Source of the DNA: Eledone cirrhosa
Taxonomy: Eukaryota
Reading direction: 5' to 3'
DNA length: 64,000 nt
Assembly: GCA_964016885.1 (NCBI GenBank)
Contig: OZ024741.1
Coordinates: 261,454,001-261,518,000 of the forward strand
Notes under the pieces: model-generated
What the model saw: the letters and a program-made list of their open reading frames with translations, nothing else
Databases searched by the model: none
Told to the model about the DNA's origin: nothing
Shown: one piece after another, positions 38,025 through 52,928 of the stretch
How the letters are laid out: each line of letters begins with the position of its first letter
Position numbering within the stretch: the stretch's first letter is position 1
Made by a program: the position numbers and the translations under genes

Positions 38025-38748
38025 TTACGAGTGTTTCGACGTACGAGTGTTTCGACTTACGAGTGTTTTAACTTACGGTTGTTTCGACTTACGCGTTTTT
38101 CGACTACGAATGTTCCGACTTACAAGTGTTTCGACTTACGAGTGTTTCGGCTTACGAGTGTTTCAGTGTTTCGGCTTACGTGTGTTTCGACTTACGAGTG
38201 TTTCGGCTTACGAGTGTTTCGACTTACGAGTGTTCTGACTTACGAGTGTTCCGACTTACGAGCGTTCCTACTTACGAGTGTTTCGACTTACGAGTGTTTC
38301 GACTTACGAGTGCTTTGACTTACGAATGTTTTGACTTACTTCGACTTACGAGTGATCTAACTTACGAGTGTTCCTGCTTACGAGCGTTCCTACTTACGAG
38401 TGTTTCGGCTTACGAGTGTTTCGGTGTTTCGGCTTACGTGTGTTTCGACTTACGAGTGTTTCGACTTACGAGTGTTTCGGCTTATGAGTGTTTCGACTTA
38501 CAAGTATTTCGGCTTACGAGTGTTTCGACGTACGAATGTTTTGGCTTACGAGTGTTTCGGCTTATGAGTGTTTCGACTTACGAGAGTTTCGACGTACGAG
38601 TATTTCGGCTTACGAGTGTTTCGACTTACGAGTGTTTCAGCTTACGAGTGTTTCAGTGTTTCGGCTTACGTGTGTTTCGACTTACGAGTGTTTCGACTTA
38701 CGACTGTTTCGGCTTACGAGTGTTTCGGCTTACGAGTGTTTCGGCTTA

Positions 38749-39466
38749 TATATAAACGTTTCTATTTCCATCGTTTTATCGTAAACGTTTATATATTTCC
38801 ATCGTTATATCAACGTTTATATTTCCGTCACTAATCTCTTTTTCTCCTTTTCCGTTTTAATATATATTTATTTTAAAGATTTCACCGTATAGATAACATA
38901 TATATTTATACATGCAGAGACGGTGAAAATGTGGTGCCAAAAACATTTCTCATCCAAATCTCAACAATATCAGTATATACACTAGATTTGCTAGCAGAAA
39001 ACCGCCCACCGGGTGGTTTTCTGCTATTCTATATATATAAAACTGAGGATGTCTGTCTGTGTGTGAGTTTGAATCCCTAAAACTCGAGAACCACCCAACC
39101 GACTGTTTTCAAACTTTACACATGTAATAATTATGTTTCAGGGAGTGTTCTGAGCAAAGAATATTTCAAATTTTCAATGCCGTAGGGACCACATTAGGCG
39201 ATTTAGCGATCTCTCTCTATAATTCTTAGTCTTTCTCTTTTTAGATAGATACATACATATAACGTCGTGCCCTTATAATATCTGTCTGTATGTCTGGCTG
39301 TCTGCATTACGTCACTTCCCTGAGGATGTCTGTGTGTGTGTGTGTCTGTGAGTTTGAATCCCTAAAATGCGAGAAGTACCCAACCGATTTTTTTCAAACT
39401 TTACATGTGTATTACTTATGTTTCAGGGAGTGTTTGTTATGCACATAAAATTCAACCTTTTGATCT
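38749..39466. repeat. Island B copy 11 (718 bp)
   Basis: Lacks TAAAAGACACACCG relative to islands 1-10. Confidence 0.95.
38982..39249 (-). mobile_element. Helitron-like element, 268 bp, CTAG intact
   Basis: Homologous to 1880-2147. Confidence 0.72.
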
Positions 39467-40366
39467 GGTGTTTTGACTTACGAGTGTTTCGATACGAGTG
39501 TTTCGACTTACGAGTGTTCTGACTTACGAGTGTTCTGACTTACGAGCGTTCTGACTTACGAGTGTTCCGACTTACGAGTGTTTCGGCTTACGAGTGTTTC
39601 GACTTACGAGTGTTCTGACTTACGAGTGTTTCGACTTACGAGAGTTCCGACTTACGAGTGTTTCGGCTTACGAGTGTTCCGACTTACGAGTGTTTCGACT
39701 TACGAGTGTTTCGGCTTACGAGTGTTTCGACTTACGAGTGTTCTGACTTACGAGTGTTCCGACTTACGAGCGTTCCGACTTACGAGTGTTTCGACTTACG
39801 AGTGTTAAGACTTACGGGTGTTTTGACATACGAGTGTTTCGATACGAGTGTTTCGACTTACGAGTGTTACGAGTGTTCTGACTTACGAGTGTTTCGACTT
39901 ACGAGTGTTCTGACCTACGAGTGTTCTGACTTACGAGGTTTCGATACGAGTGTTTTGACTTACGGGTGTTTCGACTTACGAGTGTTTCGACTTACGAGTG
40001 TTTCGAGTTACGAGTGTTTCGACTTACGAGTGTTTTGACTTACGAATGTTCTGACTTACGGGTGTTTCGGCTTACGAGTGTTTCGACTTACGAGTGTTTT
40101 AACTTACGGGTGTTTCGACTTACACGTGTTTCGACTTGCGAGTGTTTTGACTTACGAGTATTTCGACTTACGAGTGTTTCGACTTACGAGTGTTCTGACT
40201 TACGGGTGTTCCGACTTACGAGTGTTTCGGCTTACGATTATTTTGACTTACGATTGTTTGGCTTACGAATGTTTCGACTTACGAGTGTTTCGAGTTACGA
40301 GTGTTTTGACTTTCGGTGTTTTGACTTACGGGTGTTTCGGCTTACGAGTGTTTAGACTTACGAGTC

Positions 40367-43300
40367 TTTCGGCTTACGAGTGTTTCGACTTACTAATGTT
40401 TTTACTTACGAGTGTTTCGGCGTACGAGTGTTTCGACTTACGAGTGTTTCGACTAACGGGTGTTTTGACTTACGGGTGTTTCGGCTTACGATGTTTTGAC
40501 TTACGAGTGTTTTGACTTAAGGGTGTTTCGACTTACGAGTATTTTTGGCTTACGAGTGTTTCGACTTACGAGTGTTCTGACTTACGAGTGTTCTGACTTA
40601 CGAGTGTTCCGACTTACGAGTGTTTCGACTTACGAGTGTTTTGGCTTACGAGTGTTTTGACTTAGGGGTGTTTCGACTTACGAGTGTTTCGATACGAGTG
40701 TTTCGACTTACGAGTGTTTCGGCTTACGAGTGTTTCGACTTACGAGTGTTTCGACTTACGAGTGTTCTGATTTACGGATGTTTCGACATACGAGCGTTTC
40801 GACTTACGAGTGTTTCGACTTACGAGTGTTCTGACTTACGAGTGTTCTGACTTACGAGTGTTCTGACTTACGAGTGTTCTGACTTACGAGTGTTCCGACT
40901 TACGAGTGTTCCGACTTACGAGTGTTTCGGCTTACGAGTGTTTCGGCTTACGAGTGTTTCGACTTACGAGTGTTTCGACTTACGAGTGTTCCGACTTACG
41001 GGTGTTTCGACTTACGAGTGTTTTGGCTTACGGTGTTTCGGCTTACGAGTGTTTCGACTTACGATTGTTTTGACTTACGGGTGTTTTGACATACGAGTGT
41101 TTCGATACGAGTGCTCTGACTTACGAGTGTTCTGACTTACGAGTGTTCTGATTTACGAGTGTCCTGACTTACGGGTGTTCTGACTTACGAGTGTACCGAC
41201 TTACGAGTGTTTCGGCTAATGAGTGTTTCGACTTACGGGCGTTTCGACTTACGGGTGTTTCGACTTACGAGTGTTTTGACTTACGAGTGTTCTGACTTAC
41301 CAGTGTTCTGACTTACGAGTGTTCCGACTTACGACTGTTTCGACTTACGAGTGTTTTGACTTACGAGTGTTCCGACTTACGAGTGTTTCGGCATACGGGT
41401 GTTTCGACGTACGAGTATTTTTGGCTTACGAGTGTTTCGACTTACGAGTGTTTTGAATTACGATTGTTTCGGCTTACGAGTGTTTCGACTTACGAGTATT
41501 TCGACTTACGAGTGTTTTGACTTACGGGTGTTTTGACATACGAGTGTTTCGATACGAGTGCTCTGACTTACGAGTGTTCTGACTTACGAGTGTTCTCACT
41601 TACGAGTGTTCTGACTTACGGGTGTTCTGACTTACGTGTATTCCGACTTACGAGTGTTTCGGCTATGGGTGTTTCGACTTACGAGTGTTTCGACTTACGA
41701 ATGTTTTGGCTTACGAGTGTTTCGGCTTACGAGTGTTTCGACTTACGAATGTTTTGGCTTACGAGTGTTTAGACATATTGGTGTTTCGACTTACGAGTGT
41801 TTCGACTTACGAGTGTTTTGACTTACGGTGTTTCGGCTTACAAGTTATTCGACATACGAGTGTTTCGACTTACGGGTGTTTCGACTTACGAGTGTTTCGA
41901 GTTATGAGTGTTTCGACTTACGAGTGTTCTGACTTACGAGTGTTCTGACTTGCGAGTGTTCCGACTTACGAGTGTTTCGGCTTACGAGTGTTTCGACATA
42001 CGAGTGTTTTGACTTACGGATGTTTCGACTTACGGGTGTTTCGACTTACGAGTGTTTCGACATACGAGTGTTCTGACTACGAGTGTTCTGACTTACGGGT
42101 GCTCTGACTTACGAGTGTTTCGACTTACGAGTGTTTCGACTTACGAGTGTTTCGACTTACGAGTGTTTCGGCTTACGAGTGTTTCGACTTACTAATGTTT
42201 TTACTTACGAGTGTTTCGGTGTACGAGTGTTTCGACTTAAGGATGTTTCGACTTACGAGTGTTTCGACTTACGAGTGTTTCGGCTTACGTGAGTTTCGAC
42301 TTAAGAGTGTTCTGATTTACGAGTGTTCTGACTTGCGGGTGTTCTGATTTACGAGTGTTCCGACTTAAGAGTGTTTCGGCTTATGAGTGTTTCGACTTAC
42401 GAGTGTTTCGGCTTACGAGTGTTTCGACTTATGGGCGTTTCGACTTACGAGTGTTTTTAATTACGGTGTTTCGGCTTACGAGTGCTTCGACATACGAGTG
42501 TTTTGACTTACGTGTGTTTCGACTTACGAGTGTTTTGACTTACGAATGTTTTGACTTACGAGTGTTTCGGCGTACGAGAGTTTTGACTTACGAGTGTTTC
42601 TACTTACGAGTGTTTCGACTTACGAGTGTTTTGACTTACGAATGTTTTGACTTACGGGTGTTTCGGCTTACGAGTGTTTCGACTTACGAGTCTTTCGGCT
42701 TACGAGTGTTTCGACTTACTAATGTTTTTACTTACGAGTGTTTCGGCGTACGAGTGTTTCGACTTACGAGTGTTTCGGCTTACGAGTGTTTCGACTTACT
42801 AATGTTTTTACTTACGAGTGTTTCGGCGTACGAGTGTTTCGACTTACGAGTGTTTTTACTTAAGGGTGTTTCGACTTACGAGTATTTTTGGCTTACGAGT
42901 GTTTCGACTTACGAGTGTTTTGACTTACGAGTGTTCTGATTTACGGATGTTTCGACATACGAGTGTTTTGACTTACGATGTTTCGACTTACGAGTGTTTC
43001 GACTTACGAGTGTTTCGACTTACGGGTGTTTCGACTTACGAGTGTTTCAACTTACGAGTGTTTCGGCTTACGAGTGTTTCGACTTACGAGTGTTCTGACT
43101 TACGAGTGTTCTGACTTACGAGTGTTCCGGCTTACGAGTTTTTCGACTTACGAGTGTTTCGACTTACGAGTGTTTCGACTTACGAGTGTTTCGGCTTACG
43201 AGTGGTTTGACTTACGAGTGTTCTGACTACGAGTGTTCTGACTTACGAGTGTTTCGGCTTATGAGTGTTTCGACTTACGAGTGTTTCGGTTTATGAGTGT

Positions 43301-46300
43301 TTCGACTTACGAGTGTTTCGGCTTACGAGTGTTTCGACTTACGAGTGTTTCGACTTACGGGTGTTTCGACTTACGAGTGTTTCGTCTACGAGTGTTTCGA
43401 CTTACGAGTGTTTCGGCTTACGAGTGTTTCGACATACGGGTGTTTCGACTTACGGTGTTTCGGCTTACGAGTGTTTCGACTTACTAATGTTTTTACTTAC
43501 GAGTGTTTCGGCGTACGAGTGTTTCGACTTACGAGTGTTTCGACTAACGGGTGTTTTGACTTACGGGTGTTTCGGCTTACGATGTTTTGACTTACGAGTG
43601 TTTTGACTTAAGGGTGTTTCGACTTACGAGTATTTTTGGCTTACGAGTGTTTCGACTTACGAGTGTTCTGACTTACGAGTGTTCTGACTTACGAGTGTTC
43701 CGACTTACGAGTGTTTCGACTTACGAGTGTTTTGGCTTACGAGTGTTTTGACTTAAGGGTGTTTCGACTTACGAGTGTTTCGATACGAGTGTTTCGACTT
43801 ACGAGTGTTTCGGCTTACGAGTGTTTCGACTTACGAGTGTTTCGACTTACGAGTGTTCTGATTTACGGATGTTTCGACATACGAGCGTTTCGACTTACGA
43901 GTGTTTCGACTTACGAGTGTTCTGACTTACGAGTGTTCTGACTTACGAGTGTTCTGACTTACGAGTGTTCTGACTTACGAGTGTTCCGACTTACGAGTGT
44001 TCCGACTTACGAGTGTTTCGGCTTACGAGTGTTTCGGCTTACGAGTGTTTCGACTTACGAGTGTTTCGACTTACGAGTGTTCCGACTTACGGGTGTTTCG
44101 ACTTACGAGTGTTTTGGCTTACGGTGTTTCGGCTTACGAGTGTTTCGACTTACGATTGTTTTGACTTACGGGTGTTTTGACATACGAGTGTTTCGATACG
44201 AGTGCTCTGACTTACGAGTGTTCTGACTTACGAGTGTTCTGATTTACGAGTGTCCTGACTTACGGGTGTTCTGACTTACGAGTGTACCGACTTACGAGTG
44301 TTTCGGCTAATGAGTGTTTCGACTTACGGGCGTTTCGACTTACGGGTGTTTCGACTTACGAGTGTTTTGACTTACGAGTGTTCTGACTTACCAGTGTTCT
44401 GACTTACGAGTGTTCCGACTTACGACTGTTTCGACTTACGAGTGTTTTGACTTACGAGTGTTCCGACTTACGAGTGTTTCGGCATACGGGTGTTTCGACG
44501 TACGAGTATTTTTGGCTTACGAGTGTTTCGACTTACGAGTGTTTTGAATTACGATTGTTTCGGCTTACGAGTGTTTCGACTTACGAGTATTTCGACTTAC
44601 GAGTGTTTTGACTTACGGGTGTTTTGACATACGAGTGTTTCGATACGAGTGCTCTGACTTACGAGTGTTCTGACTTACGAGTGTTCTCACTTACGAGTGT
44701 TCTGACTTACGGGTGTTCTGACTTACGTGTATTCCGACTTACGAGTGTTTCGGCTATGGGTGTTTCGACTTACGAGTGTTTCGACTTACGAATGTTTTGG
44801 CTTACGAGTGTTTCGGCTTACGAGTGTTTCGACTTACGAATGTTTTGGCTTACGAGTGTTTAGACATATTGGTGTTTCGACTTACGAGTGTTTCGACTTA
44901 CGAGTGTTTTGACTTACGGTGTTTCGGCTTACAAGTTATTCGACATACGAGTGTTTCGACTTACGGGTGTTTCGACTTACGAGTGTTTCGAGTTATGAGT
45001 GTTTCGACTTACGAGTGTTCTGACTTACGAGTGTTCTGACTTGCGAGTGTTCCGACTTACGAGTGTTTCGGCTTACGAGTGTTTCGACATACGAGTGTTT
45101 TGACTTACGGATGTTTCGACTTACGGGTGTTTCGACTTACGAGTGTTTCGACATACGAGTGTTCTGACTACGAGTGTTCTGACTTACGGGTGCTCTGACT
45201 TACGAGTGTTTCGACTTACGAGTGTTTCGACTTACGAGTGTTTCGACTTACGAGTGTTTCGGCTTACGAGTGTTTCGACTTACTAATGTTTTTACTTACG
45301 AGTGTTTCGGTGTACGAGTGTTTCGACTTAAGGATGTTTCGACTTACGAGTGTTTCGACTTACGAGTGTTTCGGCTTACGTGAGTTTCGACTTAAGAGTG
45401 TTCTGATTTACGAGTGTTCTGACTTGCGGGTGTTCTGATTTACGAGTGTTCCGACTTAAGAGTGTTTCGGCTTATGAGTGTTTCGACTTACGAGTGTTTC
45501 GGCTTACGAGTGTTTCGACTTATGGGCGTTTCGACTTACGAGTGTTTTTAATTACGGTGTTTCGGCTTACGAGTGCTTCGACATACGAGTGTTTTGACTT
45601 ACGTGTGTTTCGACTTACGAGTGTTTTGACTTACGAATGTTTTGACTTACGAGTGTTTCGGCGTACGAGAGTTTTGACTTACGAGTGTTTCTACTTACGA
45701 GTGTTTCGACTTACGAGTGTTTTGACTTACGAATGTTTTGACTTACGGGTGTTTCGGCTTACGAGTGTTTCGACTTACGAGTCTTTCGGCTTACGAGTGT
45801 TTCGACTTACTAATGTTTTTACTTACGAGTGTTTCGGCGTACGAGTGTTTCGACTTACGAGTGTTTCGGCTTACGAGTGTTTCGACTTACTAATGTTTTT
45901 ACTTACGAGTGTTTCGGCGTACGAGTGTTTCGACTTACGAGTGTTTTTACTTAAGGGTGTTTCGACTTACGAGTATTTTTGGCTTACGAGTGTTTCGACT
46001 TACGAGTGTTTTGACTTACGAGTGTTCTGATTTACGGATGTTTCGACATACGAGTGTTTTGACTTACGATGTTTCGACTTACGAGTGTTTCGACTTACGA
46101 GTGTTTCGACTTACGGGTGTTTCGACTTACGAGTGTTTCAACTTACGAGTGTTTCGGCTTACGAGTGTTTCGACTTACGAGTGTTCTGACTTACGAGTGT
46201 TCTGACTTACGAGTGTTCCGGCTTACGAGTTTTTCGACTTACGAGTGTTTCGACTTACGAGTGTTTCGACTTACGAGTGTTTCGGCTTACGAGTGGTTTG

Positions 46301-46548
46301 ACTTACGAGTGTTCTGACTACGAGTGTTCTGACTTACGAGTGTTTCGGCTTATGAGTGTTTCGACTTACGAGTGTTTCGGTTTATGAGTGTTTCGACTTA
46401 CGAGTGTTTCGGCTTACGAGTGTTTCGACTTACGAGTGTTTCGACTTACGGGTGTTTCGACTTACGAGTGTTTCGTCTACGAGTGTTTCGACTTACGAGT
46501 GTTTCGGCTTACGAGTGTTTCGACATACGGGTGTTTCGACTTACGGTG
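40367..46548 (+). repeat. 3091-bp tandem duplication of pure satellite (2 units)
   Basis: TTACTAATG at 40390 and 43481; pseudo-ORF pairs 40890/43981, 41533/44624 and 42355/45446 are all offset 3091. Confidence 0.9.
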
Positions 46549-46911
46549 TTTCGGCTTACGAGTGTTTCGACTTACGAGTGTTCTGACTTACGAGTGTTCT
46601 GACTTATGAGTGTTCTGACTTACGAGTGTTCCGACTTACGAGTGTTTCGGCTTACGAGTGTTTCGGCTTACGAGTGTTTCGACTTACGAGTGTTTCGACT
46701 TACTGGTGTTTTGACATACGAGTGTTTCGATACGAGTGTTTCGACTTACGAGTGTTCTGACTTACGAGTGTTCTGACTTACGAGTGTTCTGACTTACGAG
46801 TGTTCTAACTTACGAGTGTTCTGACTTACGAGTGTTCTGACTTACGAGTGTTCCGACTTACGAGTGTTTCGGCTCACGAGTGTTTCGGCTTACGAGTGTT
46901 TCGACTTACGA

Positions 46912-46988
46912 AAATAACAAATAGACGCGGTTTCAAATCTCTATGCTTTTCAAATTCAGTACATTAATCTTTATTTATACGTTTCGCT
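46912..46988. repeat. Insert A copy 16 (orphan)
   Basis: TTCAGTAC allele. Confidence 0.95.
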
Positions 46989-49900
46989 TTACGAGTGTTT
47001 CGACTTACGAGTGTTTCGACTTACGAGTGTTTCGGCTTACGAGTGTTTTGACTTTCGAGTGTTTTGACTTACATGTGTTTCGACTTACGCGTGTTTCGAC
47101 TTACGAGTGTTTCGACTTGCGAGTGTTTCGACTACGGGTGTTTCGACTTACGAATGTTTTGACTTACGGATGTTTTGACTTACGGGTGTTTCGGCTTACG
47201 AGTGTTTCGACTTACGAGTGTTCTGACTTACGAGTGTTCTGACTTACGAGTGTTCTGACTTACGAGTGTTCCGACTTACGAGTGTTTCGACTTAAGAGTG
47301 TTTCGGATTACGATTGCTTCGACGTACGAGTGTTTCGACTTACGAGTGTTTCGGCTTACGAGTGTTTTGAATTACGAGTGTTCTGACTACGAGTGTTCTG
47401 ACTTACGGGTGTTCTGACTTACGAGTGTTCCGACTTACGAGTGTTTCGGCTAATGAGTGTTTCGACTTACGGGCGTTTCGACTTACGGGTGTTTCGACTT
47501 AAGAGTGTTTTGACTTACGAGTGTTCTGACTTACGAGTGTTCTGACTTACGAGAGTTCCGACTTACGACTGTTTCGACTTACGAGTGTTTTGACTTACGA
47601 GTGTTCCGACTTACGAGTGTTTCGGCTTACAGGTGTTTTGACGTACGAGTATTTTTGGCTTACGAGTGTTTCTACTTACGAGTGTTTTGAATTACGATTG
47701 TTTCGGCTTACGAGTGTTTCGACTTACGAGTATTTCGACTTACGAGTTTTTTTACTTACGGTGTTTCGGCTTACGAGTGTTTCGACTTATGAGTGTTCTG
47801 ATTTACGGATGTTTCGACATACGAGTGTTTTGACTTACGGTGTTTCGACTTACGAGTGTTTCGACTTACGAGTGTTTCGACTTACGGGTGTTTCGACTTA
47901 CGAGTGTTTCGACTTACGAGTGTTTCGACTTACGGGTGTTTCGGCTTACGAGTGTTTTGACTTACGAGTGTTCTGACTTACGAGTGTTCTGACTTACGAG
48001 TGTTCCGGCTTACGAGTTTTTCGACTTACGAGTGTTTCGACTTACGAGTGTTTCGGCTTACAAGTGTTTCGGCTTACGAGTGGTTTGACTTACGAGTGTT
48101 CTGACTACGAGTGTTCTGTCTTACGAGTGTTTCGACTTACGAGTGTTTCGGCTTATGAGTGTTTCGACTTACGAGTGTTTCGGCTTACGAGTGTTTCGAC
48201 TTACGAGTGTTTCGACTTACGGGTGTTTCGACTTACGAGTGTTTCGACTTACGAGTGTTTCGACTTACGAGTGTTTCGGCTTACGAGTGTTTCGACTTAT
48301 GGGTGTTTCGACTTACGAGTGTTTTTACTTACGGTGTTTCGGCTTACGAGTGTTTCGACATACGAGTGTTTTGACTTACGGTTGTTTCGACTTACGAGTG
48401 TTTCGACTTACGAATGTTTTGACTTACGGGTGTTTCGGCTTACGAGTGTTTCGATTTATGAGTGTTTCGGCTTACGAGTGTTTCGACTTACTAATGTTTT
48501 TACTTACGAGTGTTTCGGCGTACGAGAGTTTTGACTTACGAGTGTTTCTACTTACGAGTGTTTCGACTTACGGGTGTTTCGGCTTACGAGTGTTTCGACT
48601 TACGAGTGTTTTGACTTAAGGGTGTTTCGACTTACGAGTATTTTTGGCTTACGAGTGTTTCGACTTACGAGTGTTTTGACTTACGAGTGTTCTAATTTAC
48701 GGATGTTTCGACATACGAGTGTTTTGACTTACGAGTGTTTCGACTTACGAGTGTTTCGGCTTACGAGTGGTTTGACTTACGAGTGTTCTGACTACGAGTG
48801 TTTTGACTTACGAGTGTTTCGGCTTATGAGTGTTTCGACTTACGAGTGTTTCGGCTTATGAGTGTTTCGACTTACGAGTGTTTCGGTTTACGAGTGTTTC
48901 GACTTACGAGTGTTTCGACTTACGGGTGTTTCGACTTACGAGTGTTTCGACTACGAGTGTTTCGACTTACGAGTGTTTCGGCTTACGAGTGTTTCGACAT
49001 ACGGGTGTTTCGACTTACGATGTTTCGGCTTACGAGTGTTTCGACTTACGAGTGTTCTGACTTACGAGTGTTCTGACTTATGAGTGTTCTGACTTACGAG
49101 TGTTCCGATTTACGAGTGTTTCGGCTTACGAGTGTTTCGGCTTACGAGTGTTTCGACTTACGAGTGTTTCGACTTACGAGTGTTTCGACTTACGAGTGTT
49201 TCGACTTACGAGTGTTTTGAGATACGGTGTTTCGGCTTACGAGTGTTTCGACTTACGAGTGTTTCGACTTACGAGTGTTTTGACATACGGTGTTTCGGCT
49301 TACGAGTGTTTCGACATACGAGTGTTTTGACTTACGGGTGTTTCGACTTACGGGTGTTTCGACTTAAGAGTGTTTCGACTTACGAGCGCTTCGACTTACG
49401 AGTGTTCTGACTTACGAGTGTTCCGACTTACGAGTGTTTCTGCTTACGAGTGTTTCGACTTACGAGTGTTTCGACTTACGAGTGTTTCGGCGTGCGAGTG
49501 TTTTGACTTACGAGTGTTTCGACTTACGAGTGTTTCGACTTACGAGTGCTTTGACTTACGAATGTTTTGACTTACTTCGACTTACGAGTGATCTGACTTA
49601 CGAGTGTTCCTACTTACGAGTGTTTCGACTTACGAGTGTTTCGACTTGCGAGTGTTTCGACTTACGAGTGTTTCGACTTACGGTGTTTCGGCTTATAAGT
49701 TATTCGACATACGAGTGTTTCGACTTACGGGTGTTTCGACTTACGAGTGTTTCGAGTTATGAGTGTTTCGACTTACGAGTGTTCTGACTTACGAGTGTTC
49801 TGACTTGCGAGTGTTCCGACTTACGAGTGTTTCGGCTTACGAGTGTTTCGACATACGAGTGTTTTGACTTACGGATGTTTCGACTTACGGGTGTTTCGAC

Positions 49901-50559
49901 TTACGAGTGTTTCGACATACGAGTGTTCTGACTACGAGTGTTCTGACTTACGGGTGCTCTGACTTACGAGTGTTTCGACTTACGAGTGTTTCGACTTACG
50001 AGTGTTTCGACTTACGAGTGTTTCGGCTTACGAGTGTTTCGACTTACTAATGTTTTTACTTACGAGTGTTTCGGTGTACGAGTGTTTCGACTTAAGGATG
50101 TTTCGACTTACGAGTGTTTCGACTTACGAGTGTTTCGGCTTACGTGAGTTTCGACTTAAGAGTGTTCTGATTTACGAGTGTTCTGACTTGCGGGTGTTCT
50201 GATTTACGAGTGTTCCGACTTAAGAGTGTTTCGGCTTATGAGTGTTTCGACTTACGAGTGTTTCGGCTTACGAGTGTTTCGACTTATGGGCGTTTCGACT
50301 TACGAGTGTTTTTACTTACGGTGTTTCGGCTTACGAGTGCTTCGACATACGAGTGTTTTGACTTACGTGTGTTTCGACTTACGAGTGTTTCGAGTTACGA
50401 GTGTTTTGACTTACGCGTGTTTTGACATACGAGTGTTTCGATACGAGTGTTCTGACTTACGAGTGTTCTGACTTACGAGTGTTCTGACTTACGAGTGTTC
50501 CGACTTTACGAGTGTTTCGGCTCACGAGTGTTTCGGCTTACGAGTGTTTCGACTTACGA

Positions 50560-50636
50560 AAATAACAAATAGACGCGGTTTCAAATCTCTATGATTTTCA
50601 AATTCATTACATTAATCTTTATTTATACGTTTCGCT
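50560..50636. repeat. Insert A copy 17 (orphan)
   Basis: Same allele as copy 14, offset 14300. Confidence 0.95.
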
Positions 50637-52247
50637 TTACGAGTGTTTCGACTTACGAGTGTTTCGACATACGAGTGTTTCGACTTCCGAATGTTTTTGC
50701 TTACGGGTGTTTCGACTTACGAATGTTTCGGCTTACGAGTGTTTCGGCTTACGAGTGTTCCGACTTAGGAGTGTTTCGGCTTACGAGTGTTTCAGGCTTA
50801 CGAGTGTTTCGATTTACGAGTGTTTCGACTTTCGAGTGTTTTGACTTACGGTGTTTCGGCTTACGAGTGATTCGACTTACGAGTGTTTTGACTTACGGGT
50901 GTTTTGACTTACGGGTGTTGTGAATTACCAGTGTTCCGATTTACGAGTATTTTGACTTACGGTGTTTCGGCTTGCGAGTGTTTCGACTTACGAGTGTTTC
51001 GGCTTATGAGTGTTTCGACTTACTAATGTTTTTACTTACGAGTGTTTCGGCGTTCGAGTGTTTTGACTTACGAGTGTTTCGACTTACGAGTGTTTTGACT
51101 TACGAATGTTTTAACTTACGGGTGTTTCGGCTTACGAGTGTTTCGACTTACGAGTCTTTCGGCTTACGAGTGTTTCGACTTACTAATGTTTTTACTTACG
51201 AGTGTTTCGGCGTACGAGTGTTTCGACTTACGAGTGTTTCGGTTTACGAGTGTTTCGACTTATGGGTGTTTTGACTTACGATTGTTTGGGCTTACGAATG
51301 TTTCGATTTACGAGTGTTTCGACTTAAGAGTGTTTTGACTTATGGTGTTTCGGCTTACGAGTGTTTTGACTTACGAGTGTTTTGACTTACGGGTGTTTTG
51401 ACATACGAGTGTTTCGATACGAGTGTTCTGACTTACGAGTGGTCTAACTTACGGGTGTTCTGACTTACGAGTGTTCCGACTTACGAGTGTTTCAGCTTAT
51501 GAGTGTTTCGACTTACGAGTGCTTCGGTTTACGAGTGTTTCGACTTACGAGTGTTTCGGCTTACGAGTGTTTCGACTTACGAATGTTTTGGCTTACGAAT
51601 GTTTCGGCTTACGAGTGTTTCGGCTTATGAGTGTTTCGACTTACGAGTGTTTTGACTTATGGTGTTTCGGCTTACGAGTGTTTCGACATACGAGTGTTTT
51701 GACTTACGGGTGTTTCGACTTACGGGTGTTTCGACGTAAGAGTGTTTCGACTTACGAGCGCTTCGACTTACGAGTGTTTCGACTTACGAGTGTTTCGGCG
51801 TACGAGTGTTTTGACTTACGAGTGTTTCGACTTACGAGTGCTTTGACTTACGAATGTTTTGAATTACTTCGACTTACGAGTGATCTGACTTACGAGTGTT
51901 CCTACTTACGAGTGTTTCGACTTACGAGTGTTTCGACTTGCGAGTTTTTCGACTTACGAGTGTTTCGACTTACGAGTGTTCTGACTTACGAGTGTTCTGG
52001 CTTACGAGTGTTCTGACTTACGAGTGTTCCGACTTACGAGTGTTTCGACTTACGAGTGTTTTGACTTACGAATGTTCTGACTTACGGGTGTTTCGCCTTA
52101 CGAGTGTTTAGACTTACGAGTGTTTTAACTTACGGGTGTTTCGACTTACGCGTGTTTCGACTTACGAGTGTTTCGACTTACGAATGTTCCGACTTACGAG
52201 TGTTTCTACTTACGAGTGTTTCGGCTTACGAGTGTTTCGACTTACGA

Positions 52248-52324
52248 AAATAACAAATAGACGCGGTTTCAAATATCTATGCTTTTCAAATTCATTACAT
52301 TAATCTTTATTTATACGTTTCGCT
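52248..52324. repeat. Insert A copy 18
   Basis: Same allele as copy 15, offset 14300. Confidence 0.95.
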
Positions 52325-52928
52325 TTACGAGTGTTTCGACGTACGAGTGTTTCGACTTACGAGTGTTTTAACTTACGGTTGTTTCGACTTACGCGTTTTT
52401 CGACTACGAATGTTCCGACTTACAAGTGTTCCGACTTACGAGCGTTCCTACTTACGAGTGTTTCGACTTACGAGTGTTTCGACTTACGAGTGCTTTGACT
52501 TACGAATGTTTTGACTTACTTCGACTTACGAGTGATCTAACTTACGAGTGTTCCTGCTTACGAGCGTTCCTACTTACGAGTGTTTCGGCTTACGAGTGTT
52601 TCGGTGTTTCGGCTTACGTGTGTTTCGACTTACGAGTGTTTCGACTTACGAGTGTTTCGGCTTATGAGTGTTTCGACTTACAAGTATTTCGGCTTACGAG
52701 TGTTTCGACGTACGAATGTTTTGGCTTACGAGTGTTTCGGCTTATGAGTGTTTCGACTTACGAGAGTTTCGACGTACGAGTATTTCGGCTTACGAGTGTT
52801 TCGACTTACGAGTGTTTCAGCTTACGAGTGTTTCAGTGTTTCGGCTTACGTGTGTTTCGACTTACGAGTGTTTCGACTTACGACTGTTTCGGCTTACGAG
52901 TGTTTCGGCTTACGAGTGTTTCGGCTTA

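Larger units (their letters stand above)
35381..49680 (+). repeat. Macro-repeat unit I (~14.3 kb including an internal 3091-bp duplication)
   Basis: Rare variants and identical pseudo-ORFs recur at offsets 14300, 14180 and 11089 in unit II. Confidence 0.88.
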